The notes under the pieces were generated by a model that worked only from the letters and a program-made list of their open reading frames with translations, did no database searches and was not told the DNA's origin. A DNA stretch of 64,000 bases from Deltaproteobacteria bacterium (GTDB taxonomy: Bacteria; Myxococcota; JACRCW01). The stretch spans positions 1-64,000 of the forward strand of contig JACRCW010000169.1 of the NCBI GenBank assembly GCA_016218805.1, read 5' to 3'. The position numbers and the translations under genes are program-made. Shown piece by piece: positions 7,830 through 17,190 of the stretch (positions within the stretch are counted from its first letter, which is position 1; every line of letters begins with the position of its first letter).

Positions 7830-10800
7830 TCAGCCGGGCCCGGCCTTCTTGCGCAGCTTCTTGACCGCGGTCTCAATCTTCTCGTTGAGGCCGCGCTCCT
7901 TGCGCAGGGCCACCGCGGCGCGCTCCGCATCGTCAACCAGTTGCTTGAGCTCGCGCGCTTTTTCAATGGCCAGCTCCACCATGGCCTGCTGTTCGGCCAG
8001 TTCCTCCACCTGGGCGGCGGCGCGGTCCAGCAGTTCACGCGTGGCGCCCACCTCGTCACGCAGGCCGGACCACTGGCGGCCGGCCTCCTGCAGGTCCTCC
8101 AGGTTGTGCTGCAGCGCGTGGACACCGGCGCGGGCCTCCTGCACGTCGGCCACCACGCGTCCCACCTCGTCGGCGCGCGCGCGTGCGGCCGCGGCGGCGC
8201 GCTCCACCTCTTCGCGGCGGCGCTCCAGCACGTCCAGGGAATCATGCACCTCCTGCACCACGCTGAGGCGCTGCACCACGCTCTGCAATTCCTGGTCAGC
8301 CGCGGCCGCCATGGTGCGGACCTGGTCAAACATGGCCTGCCGCGCGTCCACGCGCTCCGCCGCGCCCTGCAGGGCCACGCGCTTCTCCTCCATGGTCCGC
8401 ACCAGGCGCTCCAGGGTGCGGGCGTCATCCTGGGATGCGCCCAGTTGTGACTCCAGCGCCACCTGGGTGGCGCGGGCATCCGCGGCGGCACCGGCCAGCG
8501 CCTGCTCCAGGGCGCCCACCCGCCCCAGCTCGGTGACCAGCTGTGAGGCCTGCCGGGAGCGCTCATCCAGCAGGCGCGCGTACTCCTCCTGGCGGCGGAC
8601 CAACTCGCGCAGCGCCTGCTCCTGCGCGGCCAGGTCGGACTTCTGGACCGCCATGGCGGTCAGGCGCTTCTCCGCCTCTTCCATGCGCGTGCGGATGCCG
8701 CGGATCTGCTCGGGGAGGGCAGCCAGCTTGCCGCGGAGGTCCTGCACCGCCTCCATCTCGCGGCGCAGGCCTTCCAGCTGCTGCCGAACGCCGTCGGTCG
8801 CCACGGACAGCGTCTGGATGTCACCGCGGCGCTTGAGCAGTTCCTGCCACTGGTTCTCCACGTCCTGGTGCAGGCCGGCCAGGCGGTCCAGGCGCGTGTG
8901 GATCTCCTCGGTCTGCCGCGCCCGGTGCTGCAGCTCCTCCATCTGGGACTCAATTTCGCGGCGGGACGCCACGGCGCCGGCCAGGACCTCCTGCCGCTCC
9001 TCCACCTCATCCAGCGCGCGCTGCAATTCGTCCGCGCGGCCGGCCATGGCGGGGAGCCCGTCCTGCGCCGCGCGCAGCCGGGAGAGCAGCGCGTCCGCCA
9101 AGGACGCTTCGCGCGCCAACTCCGCGCGTGACCGCTCCGCCGCCTCGCGTGCCAGCTCCCACTGTTTCAACGCGGCGTGCTGTTCCTGGAGCCCCGCGTA
9201 CATCTGCTCAATGGACGCCATGTGTTCCGCGGTGGCGTGCGCGGCCTGTTTGACCTGATCCATGCGGGCGCGCGCGTCCTCCAGCTGGGCGCCGCGGTCA
9301 CGCAGCTCGTCGTGGCGCTCGTGCAGCTCGCCCATCTCGGCCGCCACGCGGTCAGACAGGGCCTTGAGCAGCTCCCCGTCGGCGCGGACGCGGCGCGCGG
9401 CATCTTCCGTGCGCTCCGCGGCAGCCTCGGACGCGTTGAGGCGCGCTTCCAGGGCCTGCGCGCGCCGTGACGCATCCTCCATGATCTCGCGCGCGGTCTT
9501 GGCCACCTCGTTGGACTCGCGCAGGAGGGCGGCGTCCCGCAGCACCTGGTCGCGCATGGCACGCACGCCCTGCATCTCGCGGCCGGCCTCCGTGACAAAG
9601 TTCCGCAGCGCCTCCACCTGGTCCCGTTCCTCACCGGACAGGAACAGGTCCCGCGCGGCCCCACTGATCCGCTGCTCCAGCGCGGCCAGCGTCTCCAGCT
9701 GTCCGGCCACGGCGCGTTGCCGGTCCTCCATTTCGCGCAGCCGGGGATGCATGCGCGCCAGCATCTCATCCCACTGCTGGGGTGATCCCGCGCGGGCCAC
9801 AATGTCCGTGACCACGTCCGAAGTGGCCTGCGCCTGGTCAATCAGCGGCTTGAGGCGCGTTTCCACGCCCTGGGCCACGCGCTGCATCAACTCCACCTGC
9901 TCGCCCTGCTCGCCCAGGGAGGCCACGGATTCCGCCAGGGACTGCTGCAGCGCACCCGCCTGCATCACCAGCCCGCCCAGCTTCAGCGCGGTGGCCTCCG
10001 CGCCGGCCAGCCGCTGCTCCATGGCGCCGAATCTCTGCTCGCGCTGTTCCACGGCGGCCATGCGCTGCGCCTGGCGGGTGGTCAGCGCCTCGGCCTGCCG
10101 CACCATTTCCATCAGCGCCTGGGCGCGGTGCGCCGCGTGCTGCTCCAGCTCGTCCGTGCCCATCCGCTCCACGGCGGGGGACTCATCCAGGCTGGCGCGG
10201 GGCGTGCGCGCGTTGGGTGGGCGGCGTCCCTGACCGGCGGCGGCCGCGTGGCGGGCCGCGCCCACACACACCACCAGGCGCGGGTCCACGGACAACCGCG
10301 GATCCTTCTTGAAGTACCGGCGCAGCGCCAGCGCCACAAACGGCAGCCGGGTGGGCCCGCCCGACAGGATCACGTGGTCCACCTGTGCGGCGGTGACCTG
10401 CGCGGTGCGCAGCGCCTCGTCACAGATCTTGAACCCGCGCTGCACCAGGTCCGCCACCATGCGCTCCAGGTGCGGGCGCTGCAGCACCAGGTCCACGTCA
10501 TGCAGGGTGCCGTCCGCGGCGGGGACCGCGGGGACGGCCAGGCGCGCGGACTCCGCGTCCGCCAGCGCGTTCTTGGCCTGCTCCGCCGCGTCACGGATGC
10601 GCACCAGCGCGGCCGGGCTCTGCGCCAGGTCCACGCCCTGCTGGGCGCGGCACGCTTCCACCACGGACGAGACAATGCGGTTGTCCAGGTCATCCCCGCC
10701 CCACGTGGGGTCCTGGGACGCACCCGCCACGCGGCCCGCGCCGCCGCCCAGTTCCACCAGGGTGGCGCGGCATTCGTCCGCGCTCAGCTCAAACACCAGC

Positions 10801-11372
10801 GCGCGGACCGCGGGCCCGTCATCCAGCCCATAGGCGCGTGCGGCGGCCACCGGTTCTTCAATCACGTCCAGCGGCTCCAGCCCGGCCAGCCGCAGCGCGT
10901 CCGCCGCCGCGGCGCGCTGGCGCTCATTGAACCACGGCGGCACGGCCACCACGCCCGCCTCCGGGGCCTCCCCCAACCGGTCCCGCGCGCGCGCGCGCAG
11001 CTCGCGCACCAGGAACGCCTCAATCTCCTCAGGGCCGTACGCCCGGCCGTGGAGCACCAGCCGCACGGAATGCTCGGGGCCCTCGCGCAACTCGTAGGGC
11101 AGCGCCGCGCGCGCCTTCTGGACCTCGTCAGAAAAGAACGGGCGCCCCAGCAGCCGCTTGGCGCGCGCCACCGTGGTCCGCGGCGCGGTGAGCAGCTGAT
11201 CCCGCGCCTCCCGCCCCACCAGGATCCGGCCGTCCGCCAGGATGGACACCACGGACGGAAGCTGCGGCTCACCCCACGCGTCAGGGATCACCTGCGGCAC
11301 GCCATCCTTCACGGCCGCGGCGCGGGTGAAGCGCGTACCCAGGTCGATCCCGAGTGCCAGGGCGTCCGCCAT
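7830..11372 (-). CDS. Hsp70-family nucleotide-binding domain fused to ~800-aa coiled coil (no substrate-binding domain)
   Basis: Starts MADALALGIDLGT; VPPWFNERQR, EEPVAAA, GGDDLD, AEQAK, ILSGGPTRLP, VDPRLVVCVGAA; then heptad-rich A/E/Q/R/L helix to the end. Confidence 0.9.
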   Translation of the reverse strand: MADALALGIDLGTRFTRAAAVKDGVPQVIPDAWGEPQLPSVVSILADGRILVGREARDQLLTAPRTTVARAKRLLGRPFFSDEVQKARAALPYELREGPEHSVRLVLHGRAYGPEEIEAFLVRELRARARDRLGEAPEAGVVAVPPWFNERQRAAAADALRLAGLEPLDVIEEPVAAARAYGLDDGPAVRALVFELSADECRATLVELGGGAGRVAGASQDPTWGGDDLDNRIVSSVVEACRAQQGVDLAQSPAALVRIRDAAEQAKNALADAESARLAVPAVPAADGTLHDVDLVLQRPHLERMVADLVQRGFKICDEALRTAQVTAAQVDHVILSGGPTRLPFVALALRRYFKKDPRLSVDPRLVVCVGAARHAAAAGQGRRPPNARTPRASLDESPAVERMGTDELEQHAAHRAQALMEMVRQAEALTTRQAQRMAAVEQREQRFGAMEQRLAGAEATALKLGGLVMQAGALQQSLAESVASLGEQGEQVELMQRVAQGVETRLKPLIDQAQATSDVVTDIVARAGSPQQWDEMLARMHPRLREMEDRQRAVAGQLETLAALEQRISGAARDLFLSGEERDQVEALRNFVTEAGREMQGVRAMRDQVLRDAALLRESNEVAKTAREIMEDASRRAQALEARLNASEAAAERTEDAARRVRADGELLKALSDRVAAEMGELHERHDELRDRGAQLEDARARMDQVKQAAHATAEHMASIEQMYAGLQEQHAALKQWELAREAAERSRAELAREASLADALLSRLRAAQDGLPAMAGRADELQRALDEVEERQEVLAGAVASRREIESQMEELQHRARQTEEIHTRLDRLAGLHQDVENQWQELLKRRGDIQTLSVATDGVRQQLEGLRREMEAVQDLRGKLAALPEQIRGIRTRMEEAEKRLTAMAVQKSDLAAQEQALRELVRRQEEYARLLDERSRQASQLVTELGRVGALEQALAGAAADARATQVALESQLGASQDDARTLERLVRTMEEKRVALQGAAERVDARQAMFDQVRTMAAAADQELQSVVQRLSVVQEVHDSLDVLERRREEVERAAAAARARADEVGRVVADVQEARAGVHALQHNLEDLQEAGRQWSGLRDEVGATRELLDRAAAQVEELAEQQAMVELAIEKARELKQLVDDAERAAVALRKERGLNEKIETAVKKLRKKAGPG

Positions 11373-11565
11373 GTGCTGCCGGTTCCGTTCTCCGTGGACG
11401 CCGTGTCCTAGCACGGGCGGGCGGGCGGCCGCGGTGTGCGAGCGGTGCCTCCGCCCTCCCACCCCTGCTGCCGGCGCGGCACGCGGATCCAGGATGCGCC
11501 GGGGGCCCAAGGGTCTGTAGAGTCCGCGCCCGGGCGGGCGAACTGAACTAGCGCGGAGGCAGTGA

Positions 11566-14058
11566 ATGGCGACGTTGTTCCGCAAGAGCGGCGGGAGCAC
11601 CGGCAAGGAGGCTGAGGAGCTGAGCGCCGCGGTGGCGGCCGCGCAGAAGGAGCGCGAGGCATTGCAGCAGCTGGTGGATCAGCTGGCCGGAGCGCAGAAG
11701 CTGGGTGACCTCATCACCCGCGCCGGCGCGGAGAAAGCGGCGCTGGAACAGGCGCTGGCCAACACGGAGAAGAACAAGCCGCGCTTTGCCTCCGCGGAGA
11801 AGGCGCTGCGTGACCTGGAGGGGCTGGCGGAGGCGCTGCAGGGCCGCGTGGCGGCCGCGGAGGGCAAGGCGGAAGCGCTGTCCAGCATGGACCAGCGGGT
11901 CCAGCGCCTGTCTGATGACGCCAAGAAGGCCGAGACCGCGGTGCAGGCCGCGTCCCAGAAGGCGCTGGACGCCGTCAAGGACGTGGAGGGGCGCCTGGAA
12001 GGCGTGGCCAAGCTGCAGGAGCTGGCCGGGCCGCTGCAGGAGAAGTTGTCGTCGTTGAACTCACTGTCTGAGTACGTGCAGCAGAAGGTGAAGCTGCTGG
12101 AGAAACAGAAGACCACGGTGGAGCACGCGCTGCTGGAGGGCAACCGGCTCAGCGAGCTGGTGTGGAAGATGGAGCAGCAGATCAAGACGCTGAAGGAGGG
12201 CGGCGCCGAGGCGGAGCGCGTGGAGCAGATCCTGGGGCGCGTGGAGGAGTTGTCCCAGCGGTCCAAGTCCGCACTGGAGGAGTCCACGCGCGGGACGGAG
12301 GCCACTGAGGCCACGGCGCGGCGCCTGGCCGAGGAGCGCGCGGCGCAGGAGGAGCTGCTGCGCACGCAGTCCGAACAGTTGGCCACCGTGCGCAAGGAGT
12401 ATGAGGCGTTCAGCGGCCGCACCGACGCGCTGCGCGGCCAGCTGGCCGAATTGGAGAAGACCGCGGGCGACCTGGCAGAGAAGGAGCGCGCGCTGGCCGG
12501 GCTGACGCAGAAGCTGGACGGCGCATCCCGCCAGATCCGGGACAACCTGGCGCAGGCGGATGCGCTGCACGCGCGGCAGTCCGCGCTGTCCGCCCTGGAG
12601 GAACAGCTGGCTGACGTGGAGGGCGTGTCCCGCAAGGCCCTGGGACAGGCCGAGTCCCTGGCGAAGGCGCAGGCGGAGTTGGACCGCATCCGCGGCGAGA
12701 TTGAGAAGCTCTACAAGTCCCACGCGGAGGTGGTGGCCCTGGTGGAGAAGCTGCGCGGCGAGCGCGTGTCGCTGGAGGCGTTCATGGAGCGCGCGCGGGA
12801 CTTTGCCACGGGGGTGCCGGAGCTGGAGCGCCGCATGGGCGGCATCAAGGACGGGCTGGCCACGCTGGATGAGTCTGAGGCGCGCGCCAAGGAGATCCTG
12901 GCGCAGTCCGCGGACATGGCGGCGCACATGGAGCGCCTGGCCGCGCACCGTGACGTGGTGGAGAAGGTGGACGGCCGCCTGACGCGGCTGCATGAGCTGA
13001 CCGCCGAGGTGGACCAGAAACACCTGGCGCAGATTGCGCGCCAGTCAGAGATTGACGGGCTGAAGAGCCGGTGTGACGCGCTGGGCATCCAGCTCAATGA
13101 CGTGGAGCACAAGGTGGACGCGGTCTCCGCCGTGGAGCGGCGCCTGTCCCCGCTGCTGGAACAGGCCAAGGCGCTCAACACGGAGCTGGACAAGGCCAAT
13201 GCGCGCTTCCGTTCCGCGCTGCGCGAGCAGGCCGCCGTGGACGCCCAGGAGAAGCGCCTCACCGCCATGGCGGAGGAGACCCGCGTCACGTCCGGGCAGG
13301 TGGAGGAACGCCTCAAGCAGGTCAACTCGCTGCAGGACGATCTCTCGCTGGCGTCGTCCGTGAAGGAGGACCTGTCCAAGGAGCTGGGCCAGGTCAGCGC
13401 GCGGCAGCTGGAGGTGGGCAGCCAGATGGACGCCGCGGAGACGCACCTCAAGCGCATCCAGGACACGCTCAAGAAGCTGGAGGGGCGCCAGAGTGTGCTG
13501 GCGCGCGGGGAAGAGGTCATCTCCCGCTTTGAGCTGCGGGTGGAGGAACTCACGCGCAACGCGGACGAGACGGACCGCAAGCTGGCGTCCCTGGCGCAGC
13601 GCGGGTCCCTGGTGGAGGCGGTCAAGAAGGAGGTGGACACCATCCACGAGATTGCCGCGCGCAGCCGCGCGGACCTGCAGAACGTGGCGGACCACCGGGC
13701 GCAGGTGACCGAGCTGCGCGCCAAGCTGGACGAGGTGCTGGCGCGCGCCGCCGAGACGCAGGACCGCATCAACGCCATTGAGGCGCGGCGCAAGGTGATT
13801 GACGCCGTGGAACAGAAGGCCAACCTCATCACCAACATGCTGGAGGACGTCCGCGTCAACCTGGAGATGCTCACGGAACAGCGGGCGGTCATTGACCACG
13901 TCATGGAGTCCGCCGCCCAGCTGGAGAAGGCGGTGCAGGACGCGCAGGCGGTGCTGCGCAACCTCCACTCGGAGCGCGAGCTGGCCGAGAAGATTGGCAG
14001 CGGCATCAAGAAGCTGCGCAGCAACCGCTCCACGCCGCCCACGGAGGGCGGCGGCTGA
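11566..14058 (+). CDS. Long coiled-coil protein (830 aa), paralogous to the tail of the divergent Hsp70 fusion
   Basis: Almost Pro-free heptad-rich sequence, strong host codon bias, GGAGG RBS, no NTPase motifs. Confidence 0.85.
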   Translation: MATLFRKSGGSTGKEAEELSAAVAAAQKEREALQQLVDQLAGAQKLGDLITRAGAEKAALEQALANTEKNKPRFASAEKALRDLEGLAEALQGRVAAAEGKAEALSSMDQRVQRLSDDAKKAETAVQAASQKALDAVKDVEGRLEGVAKLQELAGPLQEKLSSLNSLSEYVQQKVKLLEKQKTTVEHALLEGNRLSELVWKMEQQIKTLKEGGAEAERVEQILGRVEELSQRSKSALEESTRGTEATEATARRLAEERAAQEELLRTQSEQLATVRKEYEAFSGRTDALRGQLAELEKTAGDLAEKERALAGLTQKLDGASRQIRDNLAQADALHARQSALSALEEQLADVEGVSRKALGQAESLAKAQAELDRIRGEIEKLYKSHAEVVALVEKLRGERVSLEAFMERARDFATGVPELERRMGGIKDGLATLDESEARAKEILAQSADMAAHMERLAAHRDVVEKVDGRLTRLHELTAEVDQKHLAQIARQSEIDGLKSRCDALGIQLNDVEHKVDAVSAVERRLSPLLEQAKALNTELDKANARFRSALREQAAVDAQEKRLTAMAEETRVTSGQVEERLKQVNSLQDDLSLASSVKEDLSKELGQVSARQLEVGSQMDAAETHLKRIQDTLKKLEGRQSVLARGEEVISRFELRVEELTRNADETDRKLASLAQRGSLVEAVKKEVDTIHEIAARSRADLQNVADHRAQVTELRAKLDEVLARAAETQDRINAIEARRKVIDAVEQKANLITNMLEDVRVNLEMLTEQRAVIDHVMESAAQLEKAVQDAQAVLRNLHSERELAEKIGSGIKKLRSNRSTPPTEGGG

Positions 14059-14074
14059 AGCCGCGGCAGCACCG

Positions 14075-15382
14075 TCACGCTTTGGAGAGCGTTTCCTCGG
14101 CGGCCTTCTCCGCGGCCTTCTCGGCCACCTTCTCCGCGGCCTTCTCGGCCACCTTCTCCGCGGCCTTCTCGGCCACCTTCTCCGCCTTCTCGGCGGCTCT
14201 CTCCGCCGCCTTCTCCGCCACCTTCTCCGCCTTTTCAGCCACTTTCTCCGCCTTCTCAGCTGCTTTCTCCGCCGCCTTCTCCGCCACCTTCTCCGCCTTC
14301 TCGGCGGCCTTCTCCGCGGGCCGGTCCTTGTCCGCGGGGTCCTTGCGGTGCACTGCCACCTGCGGCTGCGCGGGCAGCATGCCCTCGCGGCGCTCGCGGC
14401 GGCGCTTCCACGCAAACTCCACAATCTGGCGGATGAGATCGTCATACGGGATGCCGGAGTGCTCCGCCGCCATGGCCAGCTCCGCGTCCCGTGCAAGGTA
14501 CGGATTGGGGTTCACCTCAATCACGTACACGTCACCGCCCGGCGTCACGCGCACGTCCACGCGGCCGTAGTCACGCGCCTGCAGCGCCAGGTACGCCTCG
14601 CGCGCTGCCGCCTGCACGCGCGCCGCCAGCTCAGACGAAAGGTCCGTGGCAATCACCGCCTTGGTCCCCTTGTACGCCCGCGTGCGCGCATTCCACTTGG
14701 CGTCATAACTGGCCACCGGCGGCACGTGCGGCGGCAGCCCGGAGAAGTCCATCTCCACCAGGGACAGCGGGCGCGGGTTCAGGTGGCCAATGACGCTGAC
14801 GTAGTACTCGCGCCCCTCAATGTACTCCTCCGCCAGCGCCGTCCCGCCAAACGTCTCATGCACGTAGTGCACGCGCTCAATGAGGCTCTTGAAGTCCGTC
14901 ACCAAAGACGCCTCGGTGATGCCCAGGGACGCGTCCGCGCGGGCGGGCTTCACAAACAACGGGTAGCGGATGTTGCCCCCCGTCTCGATGCGGTCCGAGG
15001 CGAACGTCAGGAACTGCGGGTATTTCACGCCGTGGTACTGCAGCAGCTTCTTGGTCAGCACCTTGTCCTGCGCCATGAACAGGCCACCGGGGTCAGCCCC
15101 GGTGAACGGCACCGCCATCAACTCCAGCAGCGCGCCCACGTGCATGTCCATGGTCATGTTGTTGCCAAAACTCTCCACCAGGTTGAACACCAGATCCGGC
15201 CTGGTATCCATCACGCCGTCAATGAAACCGCGCGCGTCGTCCGGCACGGCGTAGGGCGTCACGCGGTGCCCGTGGTTGGACAGCGCGGTGGCCACGTGCT
15301 CCACGCACGCATCGGGCTTCTCGGACCCGCGGTGGTCCTTCAGGGGTGCGTCGTGGATCACGGTGACGTTGAGCTTCTTCAT
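14075..15382 (-). CDS. D-Ala-D-Ala ligase-like ATP-grasp protein with AEK-repeat tail
   Basis: LVFNLVE, AQDKVLTK, YPLFVKP...DASLGI, AEEYIEGRE, YGRVDVR, VIEVNPNP; AAGGAAG before ATG 15382. Confidence 0.85.
   Translation of the reverse strand: MKKLNVTVIHDAPLKDHRGSEKPDACVEHVATALSNHGHRVTPYAVPDDARGFIDGVMDTRPDLVFNLVESFGNNMTMDMHVGALLELMAVPFTGADPGGLFMAQDKVLTKKLLQYHGVKYPQFLTFASDRIETGGNIRYPLFVKPARADASLGITEASLVTDFKSLIERVHYVHETFGGTALAEEYIEGREYYVSVIGHLNPRPLSLVEMDFSGLPPHVPPVASYDAKWNARTRAYKGTKAVIATDLSSELAARVQAAAREAYLALQARDYGRVDVRVTPGGDVYVIEVNPNPYLARDAELAMAAEHSGIPYDDLIRQIVEFAWKRRRERREGMLPAQPQVAVHRKDPADKDRPAEKAAEKAEKVAEKAAEKAAEKAEKVAEKAEKVAEKAAERAAEKAEKVAEKAAEKVAEKAAEKVAEKAAEKAAEETLSKA
14097..14320 (-). repeat. 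Coding low-complexity tandem repeat (AAEK/VAEK/AEK)n
   Basis: Repeated ccttctccg/ccttctcgg units on the + strand encode about 70 aa of A/E/K/V repeats. Confidence 0.9.
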
Positions 15383-15399
15383 CGCTTCCTTGTGCCCCC

Positions 15400-16455
15400 T
15401 CAGACTTCCACAAACTTCTCCCGGTACAGGTGGTTCACCACCAGGGTGGTCAGCATGATGGCCAACCGCACGCCCACGGCATCCTCGCGGCCCGTGGGGA
15501 CCACCAGCCCCAGCACGCCGGTGCGCGCCCCCAGGTGGTCCAACAGCGCGCCAATGACCCTGGGGCGCGCGCCCGTCCAGTACGCCACGTCCCGCGCCAG
15601 GTCCCGCCGGCGGCGGTGGATGAACTTCTGCGCGGGCTCCCCGCCCGCCTCCGGGCCGCCAAACAGATCCCGCAGGTCCCCGTCCAGCCACGCGCCCACG
15701 TGCTCCGCCACCTGCTCCGGCTCCTGCTGCGCGTAGTGCTCGCGGACCGTGTAGGACATTTCCTCAACGGGCAGCAGCACCGCGGGGGGAACCGCGTCCG
15801 CCACGCGCATGGGCGGCAGGGCGCGCGTGACGCGGTCCACGTAGCGAAGCTTCTCCAGCGCTGGCCAATCCTTGTACGCGGTCTCCCAGGAGGACCCGGG
15901 AGTGAGCCACACCGCAAACGTCTCAGCAAAGTCCTCATCCGGGTGCTTCTGCGCGTACCAGCCCGGGATGTGCTTCACGAACTTCTTGGAGAACGGCGAG
16001 GGCTTGTAGTCCTCCACGTACGGGCGCGTGTACGGCCCGAACAGCGCGTGCCATTCCTCCGTCTCGTGCAGGCGGTAGGCGTAGTTGTACGCGTGGCCGG
16101 CCTCGTGCCGCAGGAACATCAGGATCTGCTTCTCGCCCTCCAGGTCACCCGTCTGCTCCTCTTCAATCTTCGCCAGCATGGGGTTGGCCAGGTAGAACGG
16201 GATGCCAATAACGGGGACGCCGTCCGGACAGCCCCACTCGTCAGAGAGGTAGCACCGCGGCTTGAACGGCAGGCCCTTGGCGTCCAGCTCGCGGTGCAAC
16301 TGGTCAACCAGCTCGCCCAGGCGGGTGCCCTCAATGCGCAGCTGGAGGTCGCTGATCTTGCGCTCGAGGACGTCGAGGTCATCGCGGCCGCGCAGCTCCG
16401 GTGCGCCTTCCTTGAACGTCGAGTCTGCCTGGGCCACGGCCGCGGATCGTAGCAT
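15400..16455 (-). CDS. Putative zinc-binding metallopeptidase
   Basis: HEAGH zincin motif and YAQKHPDEDFAETFAVW; start may be ATG 16455 or GTG 16437. Confidence 0.8.
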   Translation of the reverse strand: MLRSAAVAQADSTFKEGAPELRGRDDLDVLERKISDLQLRIEGTRLGELVDQLHRELDAKGLPFKPRCYLSDEWGCPDGVPVIGIPFYLANPMLAKIEEEQTGDLEGEKQILMFLRHEAGHAYNYAYRLHETEEWHALFGPYTRPYVEDYKPSPFSKKFVKHIPGWYAQKHPDEDFAETFAVWLTPGSSWETAYKDWPALEKLRYVDRVTRALPPMRVADAVPPAVLLPVEEMSYTVREHYAQQEPEQVAEHVGAWLDGDLRDLFGGPEAGGEPAQKFIHRRRRDLARDVAYWTGARPRVIGALLDHLGARTGVLGLVVPTGREDAVGVRLAIMLTTLVVNHLYREKFVEV

Positions 16456-16551
16456 CACGGCCCGGGTGCCGCCCCTTCCCGGCGGCCGGGCCGGCCCATT
16501 GGCGCGCCGCGGCGGCACCGCTACCAATGCGGAGGCCAACGCTGGAGGCCC

Positions 16552-17145
16552 ATGGTGAACGCCCCGGGAGAGCCCCGCTCGCTTCGCACGCTCCTGGATG
16601 GGCGCGCCACGCTCTCCGCCGTGACCGCGTACCTGGACGGACTCACTCCGGCCGCGCGCCTGCATGAGGCCCGCGAGCTGCCGCCGCTGGGCCTGGACAT
16701 CCTGTGGGAGATTTCCGCGGCCGCGCCGCCCCTCACCGTGTCCCACGTGCTGCCGCCGTCCCGCGCGGCGCACCACGCGCTGCGCTGGGTGGGGCGCTCC
16801 ACGCGCCCGCCGTTCCGCCAGCTGGAGCTGCCGTGCTTCCAGGACGAGCACGGCCGCGTCTGGGGCCGCGTGGTCCCCGCGTATGACCTGATGGCCACCG
16901 TGGTGGGACCCATGTACTTCGCGGTGACCGCGCACCCCGAGTGGCCGGGCGAGGTGTGCCTGAGTTTTGACCGCGTGCCGGACACCGCGCCGCCGGGCTG
17001 GCCGGAGATCCGCCAGCACGGCCGCACGTCCGCGCTCATGCTGCAGGGCGTGCCGGACCGGCTGCGGGGCGCGGCCGCCGGCGTCCTCGTCGGGCGCGCG
17101 GAGGCCACCGGCGCGCACTCCATCCTCGTCGTCGTGGAGGACTGA
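16552..17145 (+). CDS. Hypothetical protein
   Basis: GGAGG RBS, host-like codon usage, directly upstream of mfd. Confidence 0.65.
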   Translation: MVNAPGEPRSLRTLLDGRATLSAVTAYLDGLTPAARLHEARELPPLGLDILWEISAAAPPLTVSHVLPPSRAAHHALRWVGRSTRPPFRQLELPCFQDEHGRVWGRVVPAYDLMATVVGPMYFAVTAHPEWPGEVCLSFDRVPDTAPPGWPEIRQHGRTSALMLQGVPDRLRGAAAGVLVGRAEATGAHSILVVVED

Positions 17146-17190
17146 GCGCCGCTTGCACTGGCGCGCGCGCGCCGCTACCGCCGGGCGCCC

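Noticed and set aside
7294..9258. Long antisense ORFs (also 18784-20964, 24782-26446, 36625-38640 and similar)
   Set aside because: Shadow frames of real genes in high-GC DNA; they carry no motifs and overlap well-supported CDSs on the opposite strand.
7830..11372. Canonical dnaK
   Set aside because: No substrate-binding domain, degenerate phosphate-2 motif, and no grpE/dnaJ nearby. The ORF-track start at 11606 is also rejected because it overlaps the divergent gene.
11566..14058. SMC or chemoreceptor call for the coiled-coil protein
   Set aside because: No Walker A/B, hinge, TM segments or MCP hairpin signature.
14082..14570. + strand ORF with SAAF repeats
   Set aside because: It is the reverse complement of the AEK-repeat tail of the ATP-grasp gene.
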